NCBI GenBank assembly: GCA_973895155.1
Contig: OZ316899.1
Coordinates: 14,905,874-14,969,873, forward strand
DNA length: 64,000 nucleotides
Direction: 5' to 3'
From: Marsupella aquatica
Lineage: Eukaryota > Plantae > Marchantiophyta
How positions within the stretch are numbered: the first letter of the stretch is position 1; each line of letters starts with the position of its first letter. Below are positions 25,766 to 37,857 of this stretch, piece after piece. The translations under genes were made by a program, and so were the position numbers. The notes below the pieces were generated by a model, which was given only the letters and a program-made list of their open reading frames with translations, ran no database searches and had not been told where the DNA came from.

Positions 25766-25889
25766 ATACAAAAGCAAGAAAAAGGAAGTTAAAACCTGGA
25801 TTGATTTGCATGTTGTGAAGTTGCTATATACAAAAGCAAGAAAAAGGAAGTTAAAACCTGGATTGATTTGCATGTTGTGAAGTTGCTAT
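25766..25889. repeat. 62-bp tandem duplication
   Basis: ATACAAAAGCAAGAAAAAGGAAGTTAAAACCTGGATTGATTTGCATGTTGTGAAGTTGCTAT occurs twice. Confidence 0.9.
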
Positions 25890-26282
25890 ATGGTGAATCC
25901 ACTTTCATATTTTTTCTTATTCAGATTTTGTGTCCACTATTTTGATTTTAATGTGCCTTGACAAGGTGAATCATTTGTATTAATTTGATTTTGAATTCAC
26001 TTTTGAACCCCTTTTGATTTTAGTGAACTTAGAGTATTTTGAATGTATTTGACTCCCTTCATAAATGTTTAATCTTTTCTTTTCAATAATTCCTTAATGA
26101 ATTCTCTTTTTTCTCATGAGAGTGAGAGAAATGAATTTGAACAATGTGCACATCTGGTGTACTAAGTTCCCCTTGTGGTTTCCTTTACAAAATTTATGGT
26201 TTTAATTGAGTTGACTGTCATTACCTACAAGCAAGTGTACTCTATGTGCACAACTCTTTAGTACCTTTGTACTTTCTTGGTC

Positions 26283-29200
26283 TGTCACACCCAAATGATC
26301 CGTCCTTACATGGATTTTGGCTTAGGCTGGCATAAACTTTGTGAATATTGAGGGTTTGGGCAAGGAGGGATGTGAAAACTGTACTTTATTCTAGTAATAT
26401 AGCGCTAAGTGTGCCCGACTCTACCTATACACGTATCATAGGTATGCTTTGTATTTTGCTGTCGGAACGTACCTTAAGTTGATAGCTCAATTGACCCCGG
26501 CTTAAGGACTTCTAAGCCTTTGTGCTGTCCGCCTGTGATCCAGATCTGATGATACGGGTGGTCAACCCGGGCTCAGAACCACTATCCACAACTAACACCC
26601 CGTGCACTCGCATAATGCATTTGGCCAGGCGATGCTTACCCGTATACAAGATTGACAACTACGACTAGACTTCACAACACAAAATCTTGATTTACATGAA
26701 GGAAATGATGGGGAAAAGACTTTACTTCAGAATCCGTCATACACATACACACGATTGACTTGACTTTCTTCTGAACTAGCAGGCCCAACGGCAACAACTT
26801 GTACACTACAACGGAGCCCGGCTCCGCACTCGCCCGACAAGATTAGTCATACACTCACCCCTTGGTGCTCTCTATTCATGAAGGCCAGGACTCCCCGCAG
26901 ATCCTATGGATACCCGGTTTTGAACCTAAAATCCCCCCCTTGCCTCTACCGGGGGGTGCACTAAATATTGTCTAAGGGCTGCGGCCCGGAATGGCCACGA
27001 TGCCAAATCTAATTTATCCTAAGTTCATCTAATTGTCAGGCCAAAAAATGGCGCGTCCTATACTTAGATTCTGCTCTAATTGGGTTGGCCGGACAAGACA
27101 ATGTTGCTAGCTAGTTTTGGCGTTTGTCTCCAGCGTCCGTCCTTCCAATCTAATCCTGTCTCTACTCTAAACCTACTACCCCACCGCTAATGTCTGGCAC
27201 GCTTGCCAGACCCACCCAAATTGGACCTGGAACAGCCGTCCCGCTATCTTCTCAAACGGTCCATGTCTTGCTTGAGTAGTTGGACTTGATCCAAGAGAGG
27301 CTTGTTCCCTCATTTTGTTGCTTCCGTCTCCTTTGTGGCCTAACATGCCTCTTCCAACTGTTGGGCGTTGCTCGTCAATTGCGCCACTAGTTGGTCTTCC
27401 TTAGTGGCTTCTTGTAGAAGCCATGCCACCTCTACCTTCAGGGCGTCAACCTCCGCCGCATCTCTCTAGGCCCAAGCTTCGGCTTCCTCCAAGTCCTTTT
27501 GCTAGATGACAACTTGTCCTTTCAAGCTATCAATTTGTGTCCAAAGCCACGCAATCTCTACATCCTTTACAGCTCTGGCTTTTGCGGCCAAGGCCGGCTT
27601 GGCTTTGGGTTTGGTGATCTAGGCCAAGGTGGTTGCAAGCTGGGGCCGAAGAAGTTGAAGCTCAGTCTCTCGGGCTGAGGCTTCATTTAATAGTTGGGTT
27701 GCCTCACCTCAATACTGCTTTATTCTTCTTGTGGCTTTGGATTGTGCATGCCCTACCCTCATTGCTGCAACCAGTACTTGGCTGAAGAAGTACGCCACCT
27801 TCCGGGCCATAAACACCCCCACGTCTTGACCAACTTCTACAGAGAAGTTGCCAAGAAACCCATTTAAAAATGTACCCGGAGCAAAGAATTGTGGGTTCAT
27901 AGGTTGTGGCCGCTGGCTCTTGGGCACTGGCCTTCCTCCATCCAATCAGGGGTGGGGTCAGGCAAATCCACCTCTGGGATGGGGGCAGACAAATCCAGCT
28001 CTGGGGTGATTAGAATAGGGACAGGTGGATCTGCTAAGGAGGGGGGTTCCATTGGTGTTGGCGTGGGGGATGGAGGTGCTTCCTTTGTGACCAAGGCCTC
28101 CGGCTCCGGGCCGGCTTCCTCTTGGTTGGGCGTAATGGTTGCCCGCTCTTGAATCTGGGCGTCCAAGGCCGTGATGATTATTGTGTTTGGCAAGGAAGAT
28201 GAAGCCCCCCCAGCTGACTTTGGGATCGGGGCGGGGCTAGGGGCCACGGGCGCCAGGGCCCAGGCCTTGGGTTGGGCTCACCTCGCTTGAGATGGGAATA
28301 CCCACCTGGCCGGGGCAAGTTTGGGCTTGTTGCACCAGGGAAGGGTGCGGCAATCAAATGGGCATACCACTCCATGATGATTTCTATGGGACTTGCTAGG
28401 TACGCCTTTCCCCCAAGGTACAAAGTCTTCCTTCATCGCTCCATCTCCTTGTGGAACTTCTTGACAAAGAATGAAGCCCACTTCCTAGGCCGGTAATTAT
28501 TGACCTTAATCACTTGGGTGGCGGATTTCTCTCCTCGTGGATCCATCATTTGGAGCGCATACCGTTGGAACTCAAGCTGCTCCGCTACCTCTGGGATGAT
28601 GCAAGTCCGCATTAGGAAACCATTGTCCATGGACCCCTTGGGCAAGAAGCTAGCTCAGGAATGGTACTTGGCTCCCTTGCCCCTTGGTGCCCGCAACCCC
28701 ACCCAATCCTTTCCTTTGGGTAAGCCAAAGATGAGCTTTAACCGTGCTTTGTTCAAGGACATTACTCGTCCGTGCGCACGGGTCTATTGATAGGCTTCGT
28801 CAAAGTTTTGAATATCTGTCATATCCTGCCCGTAGTACCTGCAAGTGTTCCAAGGGAGAGTGGAGAGGTGCTCAAACCCTCGGGTCGTTAGGTAACATGC
28901 ATGCTTTGGGTGGAGAATGTTTTTGTGGACATTCTCCCCCATCCAATGCATGGTCAATTTGGCCACCGCGACGGTGGCTACAGGTAAGCCGGATACCAAG
29001 GTTGGCTCCTTCCGCTTCTTACCCCGAGAATAGTTCCCGGGGTGACTTGTTGAGGGGGACATCTCCCCGTCTTCCTTCTCTGGTGGAGACCGTATTGCTA
29101 CTGCCGTACATTAGTACTGGTGCCGGGGCTGCAACCTTCACCGTGTTGTCTACCAGGGCTGCCTCTCGGGTTTGGGCTTGCTGGGATGGTGGCGCGGTAC

Positions 29201-29987
29201 CCACCATGCATTGATGGGTACCCGGTGGATTGCGGACAAGGGGAGGGGGCTCCTCATCCTTCAAGCTCAGGTTGACCGCTTTCACCACGGATTGCACCCA
29301 AGCTGGTGGTGCAACCAGTGGTGGAGAACGGCTCGAGGGTGCTTGAGGTGGCATCTGTGCCTGGCTTGGCTCTAGGGAGTTGGTCGCATATGCTGCTGGA
29401 GGAGGTGCCATGGGTACTGAAGCTGAAGCCGTGTTAGGTCTTGGCTGGGCCAGTGTCCGCGCCTCCGTGAATACGGTGTCAAAGTGATGCCATTGCAAGT
29501 CTATGGTCCCCAAAATTTGGAAGACTTTGTATGCAATGTATGTTGGATCACTAAGGAGGGGCTGGGCTCAAAGCTGATGCGAGGAGTGAACTGGTGAAGC
29601 AGAGGCACGAAAGAGCTTGCCTTTTATACCCCTGCCGTGCGTTGATTGATCGGCCCCTCCTGCTCATGATAGGCCAAGCTTATCATGCCCGAGGCGTACC
29701 GGCCACTCGTTGGGTCCGGGTCAAAGCGTGCCAGAGGCTGCTACCAGTTCAGTTATACGGACCCAAGGTTGACTGCCATAATGCGATGATCCTAATCCGG
29801 CAGTACGTTAGGTGCCGCCCCGCCAGCCTGAGCGTGAACACCCATTATTACTAAACCTGTCCTAAACATCATGACTAGCTAATTTGGTGTCGTTATGCTA
29901 ATAACTACAGATTCCTACATCTACTTCGTACGTGCTTAATATGGATTAGTCGTATTACTGATTACCTGTTGTGCTAGCAGCGTCACA
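26283..29987 (-). mobile_element. 3.7-kb ORF-bearing solo LTR-like unit
   Basis: TGGTC-TGTCACACC...GCGTCACA-TGGTC, a perfect 5-bp TSD. On the minus strand it reads TGTGACGC...GTGTGACA, like the unit at 20043. No internal direct repeats and no gag/pol motifs. Strand given is that of its ORF. Confidence 0.88.
27230..29560 (-). pseudogene. Decayed accessory gene: Pro-rich region, conserved LPW...NGF domain, Pro-rich linker, coiled coil
   Basis: ORF fragments 29019-29513, 28784-29062 (TLPWNT), 28433-28645 (DNGFLMRTCIIPEVAEQLEF), 27897-28247 and 27709-27945. TATAAAAG lies on the minus strand at about 29625. Boundaries approximate. Confidence 0.65.
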
Positions 29988-30832
29988 TGGTCATAATGTG
30001 CTTTTCATGTGTACTTATGGTTTTGTGTGTTATGTGACTCACTCTTAATTAAGAGATATTAGTTTCTTGGCATATACTTTACATGTAACTACTTCTTTTA
30101 TCATAAATTAAATGAATTACATATCACTACAAGACAAAAAAGAGGCATGTTCCAGGATGAACATGTTATATGTCCATGAAGCTCTGATGAAACCAAATAT
30201 GGGGAGTGGATTAAAATAAGATATGTTTAGATATAATTATAAGCTTGGATATTGTTATTTACATTTCTATTCAGAAAATACACTATTAGTAACCAAATTA
30301 TCACTTTTGTCCAAATATTTTTCTTGCCATTAACTGTCACCACTTTTGTTCTAAATATATTTTGTAAGTCGTTAGAGCACTTTTAATTGAAATCTTTGTT
30401 CCATTCTCTCAATGCTCTTCCCCCCAACATAATTACTCTAACCATTTTTACTTTAATAAAAACTTAAATTGTGAATTACATTTAGGTCTTTGTATACCTC
30501 CTTAGTTAGTCATCATGGTAGATTTGAGTAGATTGAGTGTTTTACATTTTACTCATACCACCTCAAATAGTTTTCTCAATAGTAAAAAATAAAATGAATT
30601 TAATTTCCTCAAAAATATTTTTTGTGTTTATAAACCCTTTGAAAGAGGAACATCAAGCAGCGCAATGACTCGTGAACAAAGAAAACAATTTCCACCTGGG
30701 AGGCTAGGGGGGAAATTTAAAGCCCAAATAAACTCAATTTTTTAAATGAATTATAATTTTTCTTCACACTTTATTGAGATTCAAGGGCATTGATACTTTG
30801 TGACACGACTATACAACTTTCAAAAATGTTGT

Positions 30833-31200
30833 TGTCACACCAGAAATTTGCTCTAAGATATATACAACTCTTAAGACACAAACTTCATTAGTATTGAGAT
30901 TTTGGGCAAAGAGGGGCGTGTTGTCACGCCTTATACTATGCTTAGGCACACATATCTATAAGTGTATACTTATCTCAGGTATAGTTTGTGTTCCGTCACT
31001 GAAATCTACCCTTAATCGTTGGCATTGATTGACCCTGGCCTAAGGACAGATCATTGAACAATGCTCGTTTGATTCTTAGATCCAATGATGTGGCTCCCAA
31101 CCCAGGCTTGCAACCACAATCTGCAACGTGTATCCTCTATGTGTTCAAAGAGTGCCCTCAGCCAAGCGTCATTGGGATATGATCTAGACCAAATAAGACA
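30833..31200. mobile_element. Truncated end of a related giant-LTR-like unit
   Basis: TGTCACACC start, a GAGATTTTGGGCAAAGAGGG motif like that at about 26350, and the conserved AGGTAT...TTCCG motif at 30976-31010. The other end was not found. Confidence 0.5.
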
Positions 31201-31229
31201 ACATCAACATGTGTGAACATTCATCCATA

Positions 31230-31718
31230 GACTCCAACACTGAAAGTATGTGGTTCACCTTGTTTGGGCTATGTCCATGGCTGTGAAAGAAATCCAGTAA
31301 TGCAAAATGATTACACCCACCATAGCCAATGTGTTAGAGCTATCCTCAAGAGTGAACCTTCAAGTGTGAGCACAAGTGTTTGTTCCTCTTGTGTATACCC
31401 CCTCTCATGGTCTATGGAAACTTGGAACTCAAACTAGTGCTATCCTAGTCTACTAAAGTCTCGCTAGTACTATAGAAGTATATAGGTTATACTAGAGGCA
31501 TAACCTAACAAATCCCCCTTGACTCTAGTCCTCGGCTAACTATTTGGTAGTGTTGTTTCTAACTATTTGTTTGAATCACTTTGGGAAGTTGTAGAACGTA
31601 AAATAGGGAGTTTTCCCCCTACCTAAGAGCTAACTAGAACTAAGCCGTAGCTGACAAAGTGTCAAATAGACCAGACATACATAGAAATAAACTACCTATC
31701 TAGTACTAACTCTTCTAC
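31230..31718 (-). mobile_element. Copia-like remnant (PPT/3' LTR junction); host of the 31719 insertion, probably continuing at 36792-37150
   Basis: The minus strand reads ACTAGAGTCAAGGGGGATT-TGTTAGG at about 31505-31530, matching the PPT-LTR junctions at 43296-43321 and 58023-58049. Confidence 0.5.
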
Positions 31719-32201
31719 TGTGATGCCTAGCCAGGAATCACTAGGCCAGTTAAAATGGTAAAACCGGGAGTGTACCCTGAAAACACATTAGTATAGTAAC
31801 AAAACAAGAAAAATATAAACAATTAAGGATGACTATGGAACCCAAGCCGAGGCCGGAAGTAAGGATGCCACGGCAGGGAACACGATTAGGGTTAGGGTGC
31901 GCTAAGTGCCGGCGGCTAAGGGTAACCAACGGGAAGGAAGACCAGGCAAGGGGGGGTAAGGACCGATCACAAGGAATGGCGGCTCATTTGCGAAGCACAA
32001 ACTAAGCAGACGATTACGAGAAGCCAACTACTGTCAACTACTTAGGCAAGCACTCTAGGTGGGAGCAGATACCGACTATCAACTCAAGGAGGGTATGAGC
32101 AACGTCAATCAAGGTGCTCATTTCTGGGGATGCCTGTTTGAACGGGCAACTGAGTACAATGGGACCTACAAGGACGAAGAATCAGAAAGGGCAGCTCAAG
32201 A

Positions 32202-35200
32202 ATGGCAGGAGCTCGCTTGACTATGGGAACTGCAGAAGTTTGTCTTCCTAGGAGGAGAACTTATCAAGGCCGAGTTCTTGTGGAATCCTACTACCAATCA
32301 GCTCAACACCTTCTGTTTTGTGAGAACAGAATCGTCGGCATCCGGGAAGCCATCAACCGCTGCAACGACATACACTGGGAGTTGAAGGGTAGCACGGAGG
32401 TGTGGACAAAGGCAACCGTGCTTGGAGAAACATCCACAACAGCCGCTATGAAGAGGAAAGGGTCCAACAACAAAGAGGCCACCCCTGCAAAGAGAACAAG
32501 GTTGGCGGCACCAAGGAAGCCAGCCGAGCAGGGGAGGAGGAGGCAGGGAGAAGCTGAAGAAGAGGAGGTCGACCCAATCAATGTCGTTCCAATGAGGGAT
32601 GACACCTAGAGGGGCTGGGCGTTGACCCTCCCCAAGGAAGTGCAATTATACTTTGCACGAGAGGAGGATGCATGCTTTACAGCTATGCAGACTCAGAAGT
32701 ACCAGGGCTCCATGGCCGGATCTGGCTTGGAAGCCTTCATGAAATTACCGTGGCTAAAGCCGGAGGTGCCGGATTTTGACTTATTAGAATTCATGGAATC
32801 ATGGGGTCCCGAGACAAATTCCACAAGGGTGTATGGGAAGGATTTCTATCTCACTCCCCAGGTGATTGCCGATGGGCAATAAGACCAAAGTAGATACTAA
32901 GAAGACCTTGCCAGACAAGGAGTTCCGATTGTTCCCAGGGCCATCAACGAAGAATGGCTTCTTCCAGAACACCTACACCAACCCGCACATTGGGGAGATG
33001 ATCGCTTTCTTGCGGGTAACCATGCACTGCAACCTGCCAAGGCCAGAGATCGGCAAGGCATAGGTCTACCTAGCGGAGAGGCCAGACCCAAGCCGGGACT
33101 ACAATGGGTACCTCCTCACCCAACTAAAGAAGATCTTGAAGGAGGAACAGCGTGATAGGCCAGGGAAGCGTATCCCGCTTGGTTATCACATGCCGTTGTT
33201 GTGCCGGTATGCTCGGAGTTAGATCTTTGCCCCAGTACTTCCCCTATAGGGAAGGGCACTAGAGGAGGTTCCAAAATAGAGGCCGGTAGTAGAGAAACCC
33301 AACCAGCTTGGCAGTCCTACGGTCGAGCAAGTGTTTAGGCCGAGGACGGAAAACTTGCCGATGCAGCAACCAGGCAGGCAGAATCTTCTAAAATTGCTGG
33401 AAAAGGAAAAGAAGGTTGCAATGGCAACGGCACCAGTACAGGACATTGCTCAAGAGGTGGGCCTAAGCCAACTCACAAGAGAAAACCCCTTTACCGGAGC
33501 CAAGGAAAGAAGGAGGTCGGAACACGAGCTGGGGGTTCGGATGTATGTGGGAGCCGCAAGTCCAGAAGCCAAGGGAGAGCAGCCCAAAGCTCCTGGTCAC
33601 AATAAAGAGAAGGAGAGGACAGTCTGGAAGCCGGAGGAGGAACCAGGACCCGTGAGTTGTGTTCGGCAGGAGGCCGCATTTGCAGGGGTATGGCATGCGT
33701 GACAGTAAACAGGAAACAGGTTTACTGGTACCAGTAAAATTTTTCCTGTTACCAGCAAAAATTTACTGTTACCAGGAAAAATAACAATGTCAAAATATTT
33801 TCTAAAACGTCAAATTTTCCAAAAAAATTTAAATTATAACATTTTTTGGCTAGCTTTGGGCGCTAGCATTACCAGCGCCGGGCGCCATAAAAATTAGAAA
33901 AAATTCGAAGAAAAAAAAAAAAAAAAATTCCCAAAACAAAATTTCAAAAAAAAATTTCAAAAAAATTTTCAAAAAAATTTCCAAAAAAATTACCACTCAT
34001 TTCCTGTTACCAGTTTTTGTTTCCTGTTACTGTTTGCTGTTTCCTGTCGTTTGTAAATACCCCATTTGCAGCAAGATCAGGAGAGGAACGGGGGGAGCCG
34101 GTAGTCCAAGCCGGGGAGGAGGTGGTGGAGGACTACGGCAATCACGACTCCGGCTACAGGTTGGACCATCATGTCCCAAGAGTGAGGACATGTGGCCGTT
34201 TCATCCCCATGCTTCCTACAATAGTTTGAGGGGACCCCAACCAGCAGAGCAGCCCCGAGTCTCCCCCACCAGATGTCGCTCCCCCGAGATTCGATGGGAT
34301 AAAACAGACGGCACAGGAGTGTTAGGAGCGACTCAGGAAGAAGAGGAGGCAGCCCTGGCCAAGGAGAAGGATTTACCTGGGGGAGAATGGCTGGAGGATA
34401 TCTGGCGGCTTGCAGAAAGATGAAGCAGCCCTCCATCCACGATAGAAGAGGTCCAAAAGGCGGCTTGGGAACAATGGCCGCGGTGGGTGATGCCGAAGAC
34501 TACTACTCACTCCACCTATGCGCAAGACAGAGCCATGGAGTACGAGGAGATGTGTGGGGAACTTGCGCTCTCCATCTTTGGGGAGGAGTTGGAGCATGGA
34601 CCTTTTTTCTAGAGGGAGATGTTGGAAAAAATCCGATTGGAGGAAGCGGTGGCTTTGGAAAGGATGAAGAAGGATGAGGTCATCCGACGGCTTAGGGAGA
34701 AGGAAGCCAAGGTAGAAGACCTGAAGGCGGCCAAGAAAGTCCAAGATGAGCTACGGATTAAGCGGCATGAGCTCAACATCATGCAGGGGCAACTGGATAC
34801 CGCTCAGTCTGATAATCAAATTATCAAGGATAAACTGACTCGGACCCAAGGGGAGTTGGCCGATGCGGTCAAGGAAAAGGAGAAATGGAAACGGGAGTTG
34901 AAGGATGCAGAGCCCACATAGCAACCAACAATCAGGCCATGGCAGAGACACAGAGGAAGGAGAGGGCGCTGAAGGGGGAGCTCAAGGATCTCCGCGGAGC
35001 CCTTGAGCAGAAGGAGGCCGAGTTAGGGAAATCCTATCAAGGGATTATTGTGCTACAGCAGGAGCTTGCATCCCTGACGGCCAGCTTCAAGGCCGACCTG
35101 CGTAAGAAGGACGACATGCTCGATCAGACTTACGCCAAGATGAACCAGATGGAGTCTGAGGTTGTCCAAGAGCTCGACAAGGATCTGAGAGCAACCCAGG

Positions 35201-35886
35201 AAGAGAGGGCTGCCTTGCAGAAGGAATTAGAGGAAGTGCAGAAGGAGCTAGAGAAGGCGCGCGGGGACCTGGACAAAACGCAAGAGGAGTTGGAGGAAAG
35301 CACCTAGAAGCTGGAGAACTTACAACGGCGAGCCGACAACCAAATGGAGCGGCTGAAGAAACAAGCCGCAGTATTTAAGTGCTTGGCCTCATCAGTTCAA
35401 ACTCCAATTATGGCAACAAAGTTGCCAAGGGTAGTACTGGCCGAGGGACAAGCCGCGGCACTCGCAATGGTGCTGGAGGTAAGTGGCAAGGGGAAGGGAC
35501 CAGCTGCCAAACAAGGGAAGAAGAAGAAGCAAAAACCTTCCGGGTTAGGGAGCAACACGGCTTCTCAAGCCACCCTGACCAAGGAGGAGAATACGGCACC
35601 AGCCTCAAGCAAGGTCACGGTAGAGGATTCAACTGTCCTAGAAGGCGGGGATGGCAAGGCCGAGGCTGGGACGATCATTGATGAAGCCGGGGTAGCGGAT
35701 TCACCACTAGAGCAAGCCGGGGAGGCCGTAGCCAAAGCTGAGGCCAAAGCCAAGGGTGGACCCGATCAGGCCGCAGGAGAGTTGACTCGGTCTGGGGCAG
35801 GTAATCTGTTAGAAGACGGACCTACGGCAGTGGTTGCAGAGGAAGCATTGGGGGCGTCCATTGAGGATCAGCCACCGCTACCATGA
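32202..35886 (+). pseudogene. Decayed large accessory gene (about 1100 codons): basic N-terminus, plant-transposon-type domain, long coiled coil, acidic tail
   Basis: Collinear fragments including KRKGSNNKEATPAKRTR, KLPWLKPE..LLEFMESW..VYGKDFYLTPQVIA and KNGFFQNTYTNPHIGEMIAF, then a heptad region closely matching the intact 631-aa ORF at 62028-63923. Confidence 0.85.
33686..34062. mobile_element. MULE-like MITE, copy 1 (377 bp)
   Basis: 9-bp TSD CATTTGCAG; termini GGGTA...TACCC; subterminal CAGGAAACAG/TTCCTGTTAC repeats. Absent from the homologous ORF at about 63850. Confidence 0.88.
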
Positions 35887-37170
35887 CGGTGGTGGAGGGC
35901 CGCTCCTTTTAAGGAGGGCAAACATGGAGGGAGGAGGCGTGAGTGGGCAAGGCGGGTGCAAATCTCCAAGTTTAGAATTAGGATCAGGACCAAGAGGCGG
36001 CCCTGACACTTAGATTAGTGGGATTGCGGATCTGTTGGTAAGAGCAACACTTGTGCTCTTGCCTCGCTGTACATAGGTAGATTATAGATATGATAGATTA
36101 GGCTTACGCTGCAAGGAATTAGGAGGATCCACTGCCAGGATAAGTACCTGGGCAGCGGGGAGTTCAGGGTCTTCTTCTTTAGCAAGTTTTTAGTGCACCA
36201 ACAGGGTTGGGATCAAGTAGTAGAAGAAGCTCTCGGTTAGTTATACAGTGACCCTTGTGTATATTCATGTTTCCTCATGCCTAGGAGCTGAATAGAGTTG
36301 GCCTCATGGCTTAGTTTGCATATCTTGTGTATGAGAAGTAATGTTTGTATGGCAAGTGCATGGTATAACTCAGTCAAAAGAAGTCATTTTGCTATTTGTG
36401 TGTCGCATTAACTTGTTTGAAGATTGCCCACATCAACCAAGAGAGAAGGGAAGTAAGCAAAGTAGTAAGAGTTGGATGTGTCAAGCTGAGAGAGGTCTTA
36501 GCAGCTAACCCAAGCCAATTGGGGATCATTCCGGTGGCGGAATCCAAACATACCTAAAGGGAGACCAGGGGAGGAAGACAAGGGAAGGCATAGAATAGGC
36601 CGGCTACTTATCTCATGACCCGATGAAGGATCTGTCCAGTATATGTGTGTAAAATGTTAGTAGAAGAGAGTTAGCAGCGTCCCATGCCGATAAGCCGCGG
36701 AACCAGCCTTGCCAAGAGCAAAACCTATAGGAATCGGCTTGTGCAGGGGGGTTTCTTGGATTTAGGGAGCCATGGGACGCACCACATCTACCCATATGTA
36801 TCTCCTTGTAAAATTCTAGACAAAAAACCTATGTTTACCCCTTTTTATGAGGGTTAACTAGAATTAGATAGTAGTTGATACATACTTTTAGGTATGTACT
36901 CTTACGTCTAGGTTACAACATGTAACTATAGTTAGTCTAACCATAGTTAAAATGTGGTTAGGTTAACTAAGTTGCACACTATATCCTAAGCAGCATTTTC
37001 TAGGATGAGTGGAACTAAGGCTCAATGTTACGGAGCCACTTGAGAGATAACAAGAGCTTACACTATGGAGACTTGGTATGGCCAACGGGCTTAGAGTTCA
37101 ATAAAGCTCACTTGTGTATTCCCGTGAATGTAGCCTCAAGGAGGTGAACCCTAAAGGGGTGCCATGGTAG

Positions 37171-37857
37171 GGGTGCCATGGGTTCTCGGGGTTTGCGGGG
37201 GCTATCTTGCCCCCGATCTTGCCCACTTGCTAAATCCTATCAAAATAACAGCCAAGCCGCGTTAAGGGAGCTTGTGTTGGGGAGGCAAGGCCAAGTAGGC
37301 ATGGAAGTTGAGTTCCAAGTGCACTTGGCCCCTAGGCTATCAGTGGGGTGAGAACCAAGATTTGGTTGCTAGAGTCAGGACTATTCTGGTCCCGACGTGT
37401 TGGGACAAGCTTTAGGACAAGCTACTCTATTTGGGCCATGAGCAGGTCTTGGAGGTAGGGCAGTCAATTGGTTATGGATAGGTACAAGGGAGAACCCTGG
37501 CTGCACCCAAAAAAGGGTTGTTTTGGATGAACAGTGGGTGTTGACTCTGGTTCCAAAGAACCTATCACTGACCTACTTACTAATGTTTGTTGAGCTTGAG
37601 TTAGGATGCTAGACTTGAGAAGATCTATATCCTGTTGGGTTACTTATCAGGGTACTTGGTTGCTTGTGTAGATAGTAAGGACTGCTGAGCAACGATCATG
37701 TTAGGGGGCAAGTGCAGCTTTGTATGGGAGTGATTGTCGGGGGTGCAAAAGGCACCAATTTGCTTGCTCAGGGAGTTCCATAGAGGCGTTTAGGCACCAA
37801 GGGCACTTAGGCGTGGGTGTTGGAATTGGTGAGGGCGCTGGGTGGCAAGGTCCACTA
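37171..37857 (+). mobile_element. 5'-truncated copy of the family A (AGT..ACT) LTR; a copia is inserted in its last few bases
   Basis: Collinear with 13235-13920 and 47170-47870. Confidence 0.85.

Larger units (their letters stand above)
31719..36786 (+). mobile_element. 5.07-kb (about 4.7 kb without its MITE) ORF-bearing solo LTR-like unit
   Basis: TCTAC-TGTGATGCC...GGACGCACCACA-TCTAC, a perfect 5-bp TSD. Homologous to 61116-64000. No gag/pol and no internal terminal repeats. Strand given is that of its ORF. Confidence 0.9.

Noticed and set aside
26545-26585. Hammerhead ribozyme (CTGATGA) in an LTR, as in retrozymes; also at 30184
   Set aside because: No correctly placed GAAA or closing stems are visible.
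30125-30140. CACTACAAGA, a CACTA-type terminus; also CACTACAA at 12687
   Set aside because: No matching opposite TIR or 3-bp TSD was found.
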